Positions 10,548 to 20,706 of a DNA stretch of 64,000 nt are shown in pieces. Both the position numbers and the translations under genes were made by a program. How positions within the stretch are numbered: position 1 is the stretch's first letter; every line of letters begins with the position of its first letter. Source of the DNA: Candidatus Cloacimonadales bacterium (GTDB taxonomy: Bacteria; Cloacimonadota; Cloacimonadia; Cloacimonadales; JAFGVF01); assembly GCA_963663475.2 (NCBI GenBank), contig CAXXJV010000001.1, positions 2,496,001 through 2,560,000 on the forward strand. Direction: 5' to 3'. The notes under the pieces were generated by a model. That model searched no databases, was not told the origin of the DNA, and was given only the letters and a program-made list of their open reading frames with translations.

Positions 10548-13500
10548 AGCTATACCCCAGTTTTGAATATTTAATTGAGCAACACCTGTTCTGTTTAAAT
10601 AAACATCTCCGAAGTTAAGAGTATCTTGAGTAACAACAATAGCTGGACCAGTAGGAATTGATTCTATAAAGAAGTTATCAATATATACTGAAAGATAAGT
10701 TGTACCTAATCCTAGATATTCTAATGCGATAAACTGGTCATCTTCAGGAGCAGTAGAGAAACCGTGTTGGAATTGTTGATATTCAGTAGTTAAGTAGACT
10801 GTATCACGAGCTGTGAAGTTAATATCTCCACTATTATTTGAAGCAGTACCAATGATTATTCCAGCACCAGCTGTAGAAGATTTAGCCATAAATCTTATTC
10901 TTCTTGCAGTTAAGTTATTTATAGGAGGAGTAATAGCAGTAATTTGAGCTTCAGTATCAGAAGAATTATAAAATCTAAAACTTCTTTCTCCTTCAAAAGC
11001 AGAAGTATTAACTGCTGCGTTAGCATAATCTGTTGTACTATTAACGACAGTTGACCAGTCTAAAGGAAGAGCACCAGTATCATAGCCTTCAAATCCTTCA
11101 AAATGAGGAAAATCTGATATCATAGCATCATAACCATTTCCTGCTAAAGGAATAATAGTTTCAGATCCTTGATCATCGGTAATTGTAAGATTTGCTGTAA
11201 AATCTCCTTCAGTTAATGGATGGAAGTTCACACCAATAACTACAGGAGCATTTGTTATGTTTAGAGGGTATTCATTATTATCAACAAGAATGAAATCAGT
11301 AGTTTGATCAAGCACTACACTATTAATAGTTAAAGTGCCTAAACCAATATTACGTATGGTAATTTCAACTAGAGAAGAAGTGTTTAAGATAGTCGCAGGA
11401 TAAGTCCACTCGAGAGGTGTTATCAGTGCAACAGGTCCTGTAGGCATTTCTTCTATTGAAAGGTCATCAATATAAACATAGTCATAGGTATTTAAGAAAG
11501 CATCAGCTTTAAAAACGATAAATTGGTTATTATCATTTTCAACATTAAGGTTAACAAAGAATTCTTGATATTCTGTAGTTAAAGTTAATGTTTCAACTAA
11601 TTCAAAGTTATCAATATTAGAGTTACTATCGCATACACCAACTTTAAGTTGAGTATTTTCATCAGATGATTTAGCATAGACTCTTATTCTTTTTGTAGTA
11701 AGTCCAGAAACTGGAGGAGTAAAAGCAATTAAATCAGCTTCCAAATCACCTGAATTATAGAATCTAAATGAATTATCTCCTGTATTTGGATTTGATGTTA
11801 TAACCCCAACCGAAGCATAACTAGATGTTGAGTTTAATATAGAATTCCAATCTTGAGGTAAGGTATTTGCTTCAAGACCTTCGAATCCTTCAAGGTGAGG
11901 GAAATCATAGATCATAGCATCATAACCACTACCACTTAAAGGAATTATAGTATCACCATTTTCTGCATCATTGATAGTAAGGTTAGCAGTAAAATCTCCC
12001 ACAGTTAAAGGATGGAAGGTAACTGTAAACTGTGCTGTATCATCTGTAAGATTTAAAGGATAAGAATTATCATCAACCATGATAAAGTCAGTAGTTTGAT
12101 CTATTGAAATACTATTAACAGTAAGTGTACCTAGGCCAGTATTTCTCATTGTGAAAGTAACAGTATTTGCAGAAGAATTTATAATAGTATCATCCCAACT
12201 ATATTCTTCAGGTGTTACCATAAGTTGAGGTGTGGTTGGGATATCGCCAACAGTTAAGAGAATGTTAGGTATATATGGGTGAGCAGTACCACTTTGCGGA
12301 GTAATAAAATCACTATTTGTACTATCAGAATAATAATAAATACTCTTTGTTCCATTAGTGGCTGTACATAAGAACTCATCGTTTGAAGAAGAGTAACCTT
12401 GAGTATTTGATTCAAAACCAATGACTAAATTATCTTCATTATTATAGTTAAAAGGAACAGATAATGGTATAGTTACCCATCCTTCTTCAGCTGGAACTGT
12501 TAAAGGTCCATCATAACATAAAACAAAAGTATCGAGAGGTAACCAAGAGTCACCATCAGTAAAAGTATCTAAATCTGTGTGCCCAAGGTAAAGTTGAACA
12601 TTGTCTTCAGTCCAAGCAGAATTACCATTATAATAGTATGAAACTTGTTCAATTCTTTGATTGTCAATATTTAACCATTCTTGATCATAGATTGATTGTG
12701 AAATAGTATAACCATAGAAGGGTTCCATTGGTAGATGTTGATTAGTCTCAGCTCCGTTACCAATAACTATTGATCCTTCTTCAGCAGCTGTTGAGAAAGA
12801 CCATATAGGAGTATAAACAAGATACTCAGAGATATTGTTACCAGAAACTATTTTCCAATAATAGTTGGTTAAAGGCTCTAGATTATCTAGGGTATAAGTT
12901 TCTTGAGTGTACTCATCAGCAACAAGGGCATTTGCGTCCATATCAGCAACTTCACTAAATTCAGAGCTAAAATAAACTTTAACCCAATCAGTATCTTCTC
13001 CGTTTGTCCATGCAAGTTCAACAGGTGGAGTAAGATTCATTGAGCCATTTTCAGGTGCAGTTAAAGTAGCCATTCCAGGTTCATTTTCAGCAGTGAAATG
13101 AAAACGAGTATTTGGAAATACTGATGAAAGAGTTCCTGCTGTTGTAGGGAAAGTTCCATCTGCATATTTATAAACAGCTTGTTGAGGTGTAGCTGTAGTT
13201 GCTAAGAAATTTGGGTAACCAGTTGTGTAAGAACCGTCGTTATTCAATACTAAGATTTCTAAGTTATCGGTTCCATTATATTCGAAAGAGCTGTCTAAAG
13301 TAATATCAAACCATCCCCCACCATTATAAGTTAAGTCTCCATTGAAGACTAATTCATAAGAGTCATCTGTTGTTGGATCAACATATTCTGTCGATAAGAT
13401 TGATGAATCAGTAGTGTGTTTAATATAGAATGATTGGTTTAGCATATTGTAGTTGCTAGGTGAGTTTCCGACATGATAAGATATGGTGTTAATCTCCATT

Positions 13501-13673
13501 TCGTTAATTAAATCTGTTTGGAGATAAATTGTTCTCGACCAACCGTAATCGTAATATCCATAAGCTGGGATATAGTTGGTAGTTTCACTTCCAGTTCCTA
13601 CTTCTACATAAATAGCATTTGCTGCTAAAGCGAGAAGCATTAAAATAGCCACGAAAAATAATTTCTTTCGCAT
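7872..13673 (-). CDS. Large modular secreted/surface protein, paralog 2 (one extra Ig + adhesin-like module)
   Basis: Same architecture as paralog 1 plus ~263 extra aa; ATG 13673 with AAGGAG RBS (track start GTG 13679). Confidence 0.85.
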   Translation of the reverse strand: MRKKLFFVAILMLLALAANAIYVEVGTGSETTNYIPAYGYYDYGWSRTIYLQTDLINEMEINTISYHVGNSPSNYNMLNQSFYIKHTTDSSILSTEYVDPTTDDSYELVFNGDLTYNGGGWFDITLDSSFEYNGTDNLEILVLNNDGSYTTGYPNFLATTATPQQAVYKYADGTFPTTAGTLSSVFPNTRFHFTAENEPGMATLTAPENGSMNLTPPVELAWTNGEDTDWVKVYFSSEFSEVADMDANALVADEYTQETYTLDNLEPLTNYYWKIVSGNNISEYLVYTPIWSFSTAAEEGSIVIGNGAETNQHLPMEPFYGYTISQSIYDQEWLNIDNQRIEQVSYYYNGNSAWTEDNVQLYLGHTDLDTFTDGDSWLPLDTFVLCYDGPLTVPAEEGWVTIPLSVPFNYNNEDNLVIGFESNTQGYSSSNDEFLCTATNGTKSIYYYSDSTNSDFITPQSGTAHPYIPNILLTVGDIPTTPQLMVTPEEYSWDDTIINSSANTVTFTMRNTGLGTLTVNSISIDQTTDFIMVDDNSYPLNLTDDTAQFTVTFHPLTVGDFTANLTINDAENGDTIIPLSGSGYDAMIYDFPHLEGFEGLEANTLPQDWNSILNSTSSYASVGVITSNPNTGDNSFRFYNSGDLEADLIAFTPPVSGLTTKRIRVYAKSSDENTQLKVGVCDSNSNIDNFELVETLTLTTEYQEFFVNLNVENDNNQFIVFKADAFLNTYDYVYIDDLSIEEMPTGPVALITPLEWTYPATILNTSSLVEITIRNIGLGTLTINSVVLDQTTDFILVDNNEYPLNITNAPVVIGVNFHPLTEGDFTANLTITDDQGSETIIPLAGNGYDAMISDFPHFEGFEGYDTGALPLDWSTVVNSTTDYANAAVNTSAFEGERSFRFYNSSDTEAQITAITPPINNLTARRIRFMAKSSTAGAGIIIGTASNNSGDINFTARDTVYLTTEYQQFQHGFSTAPEDDQFIALEYLGLGTTYLSVYIDNFFIESIPTGPAIVVTQDTLNFGDVYLNRTGVAQLNIQNWGIAPLEIDFSQDGDELIFIPNELTIAPNETQIVEVNLTPIAEGAYSGSFNILSNDTAIPSIEIATSAFILPALPDNIAIIGNGELTGQSIPFEPWYRHTWSQSIYYSGEIGIADQRIEKISWHYNGNSAWGPDDMKIYMGLTSEVDFADGDSWISFESLMEVYNGSITVPQEDGWVEFELDIPFIYDNSQNLVVGVFHTVPQYHASGDEFYCTASDLTRSLVYYSDSTVPDPAAPPTANYQRNSYANIQLEFGAIPDAPDLTVYPTNSLFEMTPVDGNSVEKTITMRSIGLQDVTIANAPTLGGDDADQFTITTDNNTYPLVLPFNDIATIGVAFTPNSEGTKSATIQIVDDATRVTHEVVISGYAYADDNNDVPEDATTLTLPVDGDTYAIMPIGDIDWYKIPAMGISDTLLCSVEDAGGSDVNPSMWLYGPANDASEIDPAVYLDNGSNIEFVLPQSGNYFLRVAKSNVNPQGATPPHTRKNENGENERLTREDTGLYNLYVDANYNYDFNSPLNLEASNQSGYVALTWVEPPYERYLTGYHIYRDGEVITEEMIPIGTNLYHDANVVVGTEYHYHVVGMYEDPEGFSLPSNTAIIIYYNIGEPLWGDDFDDHEDFTLNLPGWIQYDIDGGNTYTISNVDYDNAGSAMSYMVFNPSATTPPIEDMIPQSGDKFLTSFASTEGQNDDWIITPRFTVGTTSVVSFYAKSYTDEFGLEKFRVKMSLGGSEVSDFQYSLHQGIDYLEAPTEWTLYNFNVSELTGTTVRFAIECISNDAFIFMVDNFRIDSTPDGVDNEHVEDIPQINSLAQNYPNPFNPETSIAFTTKEAGNVSIDIYNVKGQKVKTLLNDYRNAGNHSVVWNGRDNNNKAVASGLYFYKMRNGKFSSTKKMILMK

Positions 13674-13921
13674 AGTCACTCCTTTTTCTTTTTCCTTAAT
13701 TTTGAGTTGTGCTTTTTATTTCATTTTAAGAATTCGAATTTATTAGTGCTTAGTTAATTTCTACGATAGAATTTTCACATTAACTCTAGTAGTTTAGAAG
13801 AAAATATAGGCTAAAGTATGAAAGAGATCATTGAACTTCTAAACTACTATAATGTCTATATACGAAATATCGATTTAATTAAAAATTTGGCAAGAACTTT
13901 TTTAACTTTTTTTCCATAATG

Positions 13922-13945
13922 AAAAGGCCCTGAAAATCAGGGCCT
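13922..13945 (-). terminator. Intrinsic terminator after paralog 3
   Basis: AGGCCCTGA-AAA-TCAGGGCCT hairpin with A-run on +. Confidence 0.8.
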
Positions 13946-13975
13946 ATATTTTTATTTCTTACTTGTTAGGTAAGC

Positions 13976-16900
13976 TTATTTCATTAAGATCATTTTCTTA
14001 GTTGAGCTAAATTTGCCATTTCTCATTTTGTAGAAATAAAGGCCAGAAGCTACAGCTTTATTATTATCATCTCTACCATTCCAAACAACACTATGGTTAC
14101 CAGCATTTCTATAGTCATTAAGGAGAGTTTTTACCTTCTGTCCTTTAACATTATAGATATCAATTGAGACATTACCAGCTTCTTTAGTAGTAAAGGCAAT
14201 TGAAGTTTCTGGATTAAATGGGTTTGGATAGTTTTGAGCTAATGAATTTATTTGTGGAATATCTTCTACATGTTCATTATCAACACCGTCAGGAGTAGAG
14301 TCTATTCTGAAGTTATCAACCATAAAGATAAAGGCATCATTACTTATACATTCAATAGCAAATCTTACAGTTGTACCAGTAAGTTCACTAACATTGAAGT
14401 TGTAAAGAGTCCATTCAGTTGGTGCTTCTAAATAATCAATACCTTGGTGAAGTGAGTATTGGAAATCACTAGCTTCACTACCACCAAGAGACATCTTAAC
14501 TCTGAATTTTTCTAACCCAAACTCATCAGTATAAGACTTTGCATAGAAGGAAACAACTGATGTTGTTCCTACTGTGAATCTAGGTGTGATTATCCAGTCA
14601 TCATTCTGTCCTTCTGTAGAAGCAAATGATGTTAAGAATTTATCTCCACTTTGAGGAATCATATCTTCAATAGGTGGAGTAGTTGCTGAAGGATTAAAGA
14701 CCATATAAGACATTGCTGAACCAGCATTATCATAATCAACATTACTAATAGTATAAGTATTTCCACCATCTATATCATGCTGAATCCAACCAGGTAAGTT
14801 AAGGGTAAAGTCTTCATGATCATCAAAATCATCTCCCCATAATGGTTCACCAATATTATAGTAGATAATAATAGCAGTATTTGATGGTAGGGAGAAACCT
14901 TCAGGATCTTCATACATACCAACAACATGATAGTGGTATTCTGTACCTACAACCACATTAGCATCATGGTAGAGATTAGTTCCAATTGGGATCATTTCTT
15001 CAGTAATAACTTCACCATCTCTATAAATATGATAACCTGTTAGGTATCTTTCATAAGGAGGTTCAACCCAGGTTAATGCAACATAACCAGATTGATTAGA
15101 AGCTTCTAAGTTTAGAGGTGAATTGAAATCATAGTTATAATTAGCATCAACATAGAGATTATACAATCCTGTATCTTCTCTAGTTAATCTTTCATTTTCT
15201 CCATTCTCATTCTTTCTTGTGTGTGGAGGTGTTGCACCTTGAGGGTAAACATTAGATTTGGCTACTCTAAGGTAGTAGTTACCACTTTGAGGTAGAACAA
15301 ATTCAATATTTGAGCCATTATCAAGATAAACAGCTGGGTCAATTTCACTAGCATCGTTAGCTGGACCATAAAGCCACATAGAAGGATTTACATCTGAGCC
15401 ACCAGCATCTTCTACTGAGCAAAGTAGAGTATCACTAATACCCATTGCAGGGATTAGATACCAATCAATATCACCAATAGGCATAATAGCATAAGTATCA
15501 CCATCAACAGGAAGAGTTAATGTAACAGCATCTTCCGGAACATCATTATTATCATCAGCATAAGCGTAACCAGAAATAACAACTTCATGAGTAACTCTAG
15601 TTGCATCATCAACTATTTGGATGGTAGCAGACTTCGTTCCTTCTGAGTTAGGAGTGAAAGCTACACCAATAGTAGCAATATTATTGAAAGGTAATACTAA
15701 AGGATAAGTATTATTATCTGTTGTTATTGTAAATTGATCTGCATCATCTCCACCTAAAGTTGGAGCATTAGCAATTGTTACATCTTGGAGACCAATAGAT
15801 CTCATAGTAATAGTCTTTTCAACTGAATTACCATCTACAGGAGTCATCTCAAATAGACTATTAGTAGGATAAACTGTTAAATCTGGAGCATCAGGAATAT
15901 CACCAAATTCAAGTTTTATATTAGCAAAGGCATCTCTAATATAATTTGCACTTGGTGGTGCGACAGGATCAGGATTTGTGGAATCGCTATAATAAATAAT
16001 ACCTCGAGTGGAGTTAGAAGGGGTACAATAGAAGTCATTATCACTTGAATGATAACCAGGGGTATCTTCTTCAACAGCAACTACAAGGTTTTGGGTATTA
16101 TCATAGACGAATGGAATATCTAATTCAAATTCAATCCAACCATCTTCTGCTGGGGCATTTAGAGTACCAGTATAAACTTGCATAAACTCACCAATATCAA
16201 TCCAGTCTTCATTATTAGCAAATTCATTCATATCTGTATGAGCCATGTATATTTTGAAATCATCTGGACCAAAAGCCCCAGTTCCATTATAATGCCAGGA
16301 AATTTTTTCAATACGAGAATCAGTAATTCCTATCTCATTAGCATAATAGATTACTTGCGAATAGGTATAGCCATAATATGGTTCAATTGGCATATTCAAA
16401 TTCGTAGCAGTACCTGTACCAATAACAGCGATATTATCAGGTAATGCCGGTAATATAAAAGCATCTGTATATATAGTTATTGATTCATTATTAGTATCAT
16501 TAGAAGTAACAGTAAATGAACCAGAATAATCTCCTTCAGCAATTGGGTTTAAACTAACATCTATGATTTCACTAGTTTCAGGTTCGATTGTAAGAGTTGT
16601 TGGATTGAAAGTAAGTTCAGTACCTGTAGAAGAAAGTTGGATTTCTAAATCACTTACACCCCAGTTTTCTACAGTGAGGTTACTTACGCCTGTCCTGTTC
16701 AAATAAACATCTCCGAAGTGAAGAGTGTCTTGGATAACTACTATAGCAGGACCAGTAGGAATATATTCAATAAAGAAATTATCTATATATTGGGTAACAT
16801 AAGTACCACCTGTTCCTAAATATTTAAGAACAATAAAACTAGCATTTTCATCAACACCAGCAAAATTTTGTACATACTGTTGCCAATCTGAACTAAAGGT

Positions 16901-18988
16901 AATAGTATCAATTGCAGTGAAATTTAACTCACCAACATTGTTATGAGCTACACCAACAACAATCTGTCCACCATCAGTAGATGATTTCCCCATAAAACGA
17001 ATACGTTTTGTAGTAAGGTCGTCTATAGGTGGAGTAATAGCATAGAGGTCAGGGTTTGTAGCATCAGCATTGTATAATCTTAACGTAGATGGACTTTCAT
17101 AACCACCGTAAGTATTTACTCCAACAGCAGAATATGTTGCAGCGTTTTCTATTACTGAAGCCCAATCTTGAGGAAGTTGTCCAATTTCGACATCTTCAAA
17201 ACCTTCAAAATGAGGGAAATCATAAATCATAGCATCATAGCCAGAACCAGTAAGTGGTATCACTGTATCACCGTTTTCTGCATCATTAATAGTAATGTTA
17301 GCAGTAAAATCTCCCACACTTTGTGGATTAAAAGCAACAGAAAAATGTCCAACATTATCTGTAATTTCTAAAGGGTAAGTATTATCATCTGTAAAGATGA
17401 AATCACTTGTTTGGTCAATAGTTACGCTATTAATTGTTAAAGTTCCTAAACCAGTATTTCTCATTGAGAAAGTTGTAGCATTTGTGACAGTATTTATTAT
17501 TGTATCATCCCAGTTATATTCTTCAGGGGTTATCATCAACTGAGGAGTAGTTGGTATATCACCCATTGTAAGAAGAATGTTTGCTATAAATGCTTGAGTA
17601 GTTCCAGTTGGAGGGGAAATAAAACCATAATTAGTTACATCATTATAGTGGTAAATACTTTTATTTCCATTCGTTGAAGTAGCATGAAACTCGTCGCTTG
17701 ATGAAGTATAACCTTGTGTATTAGCTTCAAAAGCAATAACTAAATTGTCATTATTGTTATAATTAAAAGGTATGGTTAAAGCTAGTGTAACCCATCCCTC
17801 TTCAGCTGGAACTGATAAAGGGCCATCATAACACAAGACAAAATCATTAATATCAAGCCAAGAATCACCATCCGCAAAGGCGTCTATTTGAGTATGACCT
17901 AAATATAATTGCACATTATCTTCTGTCCAAGCGCTATTACCATTATAATAGAAAGATACTTGTTCTATTCTTTGGTCTTCAATATTTAACCATTCTTGAT
18001 CATAGATCATTTGTGTAAGTGAATAACCATAAAAAGGTTCCATAGGCAGGTGTGTATTTGCCTCTGTTCCGTTACCAATAACAATTGATCCCTCTTCTGC
18101 ACTTGTAGCAAATGACCAGATTGGAGAAGGTGTAGTGAATTCAATCAAGTTATTTCCTGCTTCAATTCTCCAATAATAAGTTGTTAAGGGATTTAGATCA
18201 TCAGTAGTTATTGTTTGCTGGGTATATTCTTCTGAGATTAGGGCTGCTTCTGTCATATCACTAACATCAGTATATACATCACTTAAATAAACGTTAACCC
18301 AATCAGTATTAACTCCATTTGTCCAAGTTAGTTCAACAGGAGATGATTGATTGAAAGAACCATTAGCAGGACTTGCTAATGTTGGGAGTCCTGGTTCATT
18401 TTCTGAAAGGTAATGGAATCTAGTATTTGGGAATACAGGAGATAACTGACCGTCTGCAGCAGGAAATGTTCCATCAGAATAACTAAAACAAGCCATTTCA
18501 GGTGAAGCTGAAGTAGCTGTAAAAATTGGTTGTGAAGATGCATAAGATCCATCATTATTAATAACTAAAACTTCTAAGTTATCACTACCATTGTAAGTAA
18601 AAGTTTGATCAAAAATTATATCAAACCAGCCTGTTCCATTATAAGTTAAAGTACCACTGAAAACTTCAGTATATGTTTCATCAGTAGTAGGATCAATATA
18701 TGTTGGATTTACGAAGTTTTCCTCGGTAGTATTTTTTAAATAGAAAGTCTGGTTAAGCATCTCATAGTTGCTAGGTGTGTTGTTTACATGATAAGAAAGT
18801 TTGTTAATTTCCATCTCATTCTCTAAATCTGCGGCAGGATAAATAGTCCGTGACCAACCGTAATCATACCAGCCATATGCTGGGATATAACTAGAGGTCT
18901 CATTTCCATCACCAACCTGTACAAAGACTGCATTTAAGGACATTATCAAGGTTAATAATGTTAAAACAACAATCATTTTCTTTTGCAT
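13976..18988 (-). CDS. Large modular secreted/surface protein, paralog 3
   Basis: Same length and architecture as paralog 1; last ~1.9 kb (13976-15899) near-identical to paralogs 1 and 2; ATG 18988 with AAGGAG RBS. Confidence 0.85.
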   Translation of the reverse strand: MQKKMIVVLTLLTLIMSLNAVFVQVGDGNETSSYIPAYGWYDYGWSRTIYPAADLENEMEINKLSYHVNNTPSNYEMLNQTFYLKNTTEENFVNPTYIDPTTDETYTEVFSGTLTYNGTGWFDIIFDQTFTYNGSDNLEVLVINNDGSYASSQPIFTATSASPEMACFSYSDGTFPAADGQLSPVFPNTRFHYLSENEPGLPTLASPANGSFNQSSPVELTWTNGVNTDWVNVYLSDVYTDVSDMTEAALISEEYTQQTITTDDLNPLTTYYWRIEAGNNLIEFTTPSPIWSFATSAEEGSIVIGNGTEANTHLPMEPFYGYSLTQMIYDQEWLNIEDQRIEQVSFYYNGNSAWTEDNVQLYLGHTQIDAFADGDSWLDINDFVLCYDGPLSVPAEEGWVTLALTIPFNYNNNDNLVIAFEANTQGYTSSSDEFHATSTNGNKSIYHYNDVTNYGFISPPTGTTQAFIANILLTMGDIPTTPQLMITPEEYNWDDTIINTVTNATTFSMRNTGLGTLTINSVTIDQTSDFIFTDDNTYPLEITDNVGHFSVAFNPQSVGDFTANITINDAENGDTVIPLTGSGYDAMIYDFPHFEGFEDVEIGQLPQDWASVIENAATYSAVGVNTYGGYESPSTLRLYNADATNPDLYAITPPIDDLTTKRIRFMGKSSTDGGQIVVGVAHNNVGELNFTAIDTITFSSDWQQYVQNFAGVDENASFIVLKYLGTGGTYVTQYIDNFFIEYIPTGPAIVVIQDTLHFGDVYLNRTGVSNLTVENWGVSDLEIQLSSTGTELTFNPTTLTIEPETSEIIDVSLNPIAEGDYSGSFTVTSNDTNNESITIYTDAFILPALPDNIAVIGTGTATNLNMPIEPYYGYTYSQVIYYANEIGITDSRIEKISWHYNGTGAFGPDDFKIYMAHTDMNEFANNEDWIDIGEFMQVYTGTLNAPAEDGWIEFELDIPFVYDNTQNLVVAVEEDTPGYHSSDNDFYCTPSNSTRGIIYYSDSTNPDPVAPPSANYIRDAFANIKLEFGDIPDAPDLTVYPTNSLFEMTPVDGNSVEKTITMRSIGLQDVTIANAPTLGGDDADQFTITTDNNTYPLVLPFNNIATIGVAFTPNSEGTKSATIQIVDDATRVTHEVVISGYAYADDNNDVPEDAVTLTLPVDGDTYAIMPIGDIDWYLIPAMGISDTLLCSVEDAGGSDVNPSMWLYGPANDASEIDPAVYLDNGSNIEFVLPQSGNYYLRVAKSNVYPQGATPPHTRKNENGENERLTREDTGLYNLYVDANYNYDFNSPLNLEASNQSGYVALTWVEPPYERYLTGYHIYRDGEVITEEMIPIGTNLYHDANVVVGTEYHYHVVGMYEDPEGFSLPSNTAIIIYYNIGEPLWGDDFDDHEDFTLNLPGWIQHDIDGGNTYTISNVDYDNAGSAMSYMVFNPSATTPPIEDMIPQSGDKFLTSFASTEGQNDDWIITPRFTVGTTSVVSFYAKSYTDEFGLEKFRVKMSLGGSEASDFQYSLHQGIDYLEAPTEWTLYNFNVSELTGTTVRFAIECISNDAFIFMVDNFRIDSTPDGVDNEHVEDIPQINSLAQNYPNPFNPETSIAFTTKEAGNVSIDIYNVKGQKVKTLLNDYRNAGNHSVVWNGRDDNNKAVASGLYFYKMRNGKFSSTKKMILMK

Positions 18989-19607
18989 AGTCACTCCTTA
19001 ATCGTGTTTAATAAATTCCTTAATTTTGGATTGTGCTCAATATACTTGATAACAAGTATCTATTTGCTATGGTGGTAGCAAATTCTTTTAATACAAATCA
19101 AAGAAAGCATATTATTTTTTTCTTGGCAAGTATTATTTTTAATTTTTCTTAATATTTTAACTTTTTGCGATAATTAAATCTATCTTAACAGTGTTAATAT
19201 CTTTTCCACTATTAATTTTTTATATTGTTAACTTAATATTTCTTAGTAGTGAAATTCTTGATTATTAGTTTCAGTTTATTAATTCCTACTTTTACCAATT
19301 AAGCCACCAATAGATGTTTTTTGCTTGGATAAATTTTTATTAATTGTATCAAATTTTCAACAGTTCATTTACTCCCCCCGCCTAACGGCAAGCCTCTCAT
19401 ACCCCTCTAATGAGCAGAAAGGGGAATTAGATTCTCACACCAAGGCACGAAGAAGATAAGGAAGAATATTTTTAACAAAAATTATTTGGGATTTAACGAC
19501 TTACTTTTGCAAAAGAAAAAGGAGTTAATCACAAAGGAATACTGCATTAGGGATATAAAGTTGGGGTAAGAATATGTTAGTTGAAGTATAAAGAATAAGT
19601 TTTTGTG

Positions 19608-19684
19608 TGGTAGCGAGAGGAGGATTTGAACCTCCGGCCTTCGGGTTATGAGCCCGACGAGCTACCAAACTGCTCCATCTCGCG
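19608..19684 (-). tRNA. tRNA-fMet (CAT), initiator
   Basis: CGCGAGATGGAGCAGTTTGGTAGCTCGTCGGGCT-CAT-AACCCGA...TTCAAATCC...ACCA; C1 mismatch and GGG/CCC anticodon stem. Confidence 0.95.
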
Positions 19685-19695
19685 ACAATAAAAAA

Positions 19696-19772
19696 TGGGG
19701 TGGCTGATGGGGCTCGAACCCACGACGCCAGGAACCACAATCCTGTGCTCTACCAACTGAACTACAGCCACC
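19696..19772 (-). tRNA. tRNA-His (GTG)
   Basis: GGTGGCTGTAGTTCAGTTGGTAGAGCACAGGATT-GTG-GTTCCTG...GGTTCGAG...CCCCA. Confidence 0.95.
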
Positions 19773-19812
19773 ATATTTAAGGTAAAATGTGTGTTTTATA
19801 ATTTTAAAAGAA

Positions 19813-19889
<77 letters not shown>

Positions 19890-19898
19890 ACATTAAAA

Positions 19899-19975
19899 TG
19901 GTAGCGGCACAGGGACTCGAACCCCGGACACTCGGATTATGATTCCGATGCTCTAACCAACTGAGCTATGCCGCC
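19899..19975 (-). tRNA. tRNA with CAT anticodon (probably elongator Met; Ile2 not excluded)
   Basis: GGCGGCATAGCTCAGTTGGTTAGAGCATCGGAAT-CAT-AATCCGA...GGTTCGAG...ACCA. Confidence 0.9.
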
Positions 19976-19982
19976 ATTTTTA

Positions 19983-20059
19983 TGGTAGCGAGAGGAGGAT
20001 TTGAACCTCCGGCCTTCGGGTTATGAGCCCGACGAGCTACCAAACTGCTCCATCTCGCG
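19983..20059 (-). tRNA. tRNA-fMet (CAT), second identical copy
   Basis: Identical to 19608-19684. Confidence 0.95.
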
Positions 20060-20172
20060 TCAAGTTTTATCAATTTATAAAATAGTGTTTTTCTGTCAAG
20101 TAAAATTTTCATTTATTTGATTTTCACTTATCAATCAGGAAAGATTGATTAACACTAACACACTATATAGAA

Positions 20173-20249
20173 TGGCACGCCCAAGAGGAGTCGAACCCCT
20201 AACCTTCTGATCCGTAGTCAGACACTCTATCCAATTGAGCTATGGGCGC
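20173..20249 (-). tRNA. tRNA-Arg (ACG)
   Basis: GCGCCCATAGCTCAATTGGATAGAGTGTCTGACT-ACG-GATCAGA...GGTTCGACTCC...GCCA. Confidence 0.95.
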
Positions 20250-20706
20250 ACATCGTTTTTGCATAAAAAAACTAGGGGGTTTTATGTCAAGCATATTTTT
20301 TAACTTTTTTTAGTGATACTTAGCTATCATATTGATTAATTGAAGGTTAATAAGTCTTTTTATTTTTTATATTCTCCTTATAGGCTAGCATCTTATTCTT
20401 CTTTAATTGTTAGTCTCCCTGAAAAAATGGGATTTTTACAGGAAAAAGTATAAAAGTATAAAGTGACACCCAAGTTTTCCATCTGCAAAAACGATCCATA
20501 TATCTCATAAAATCCCACACATTAAACTCTTACACCTATTTTCAATCGTTTTTTCAAAATTTCCAATTTAACTGCTTTCACAGGAAACTTTATCGTTTGA
20601 TTTATACTTTTAAAGTAGTTTTGTGGTTGTAAAGAACACCATTAATAACCTTAAACATCTAATAAATAAAGAATTAGTCTATTTTGTAGTTTTAAGGCAA
20701 TTGAAA

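Noticed and set aside
13756-13773. AATTTCTAC motif resembling a Cas12a repeat (also near 59964)
   Set aside because: Isolated copies without the repeat hairpin or spacers.
2309-15899. Diversity-generating retroelement template/variable repeats
   Set aside because: Repeats are kilobases long with mostly synonymous, non-adenine-specific differences; no reverse transcriptase is seen.
5598-17371. Short + strand ORFs at 5598, 16178 and 17168
   Set aside because: Antisense to the large paralogs; no RBS or motifs.
19371-19455. GC-rich imperfect hairpins (CCCCTCT...AAAGGGG) downstream of the tRNA cluster
   Set aside because: Could be a terminator or eroded repeat, but too degenerate to call.
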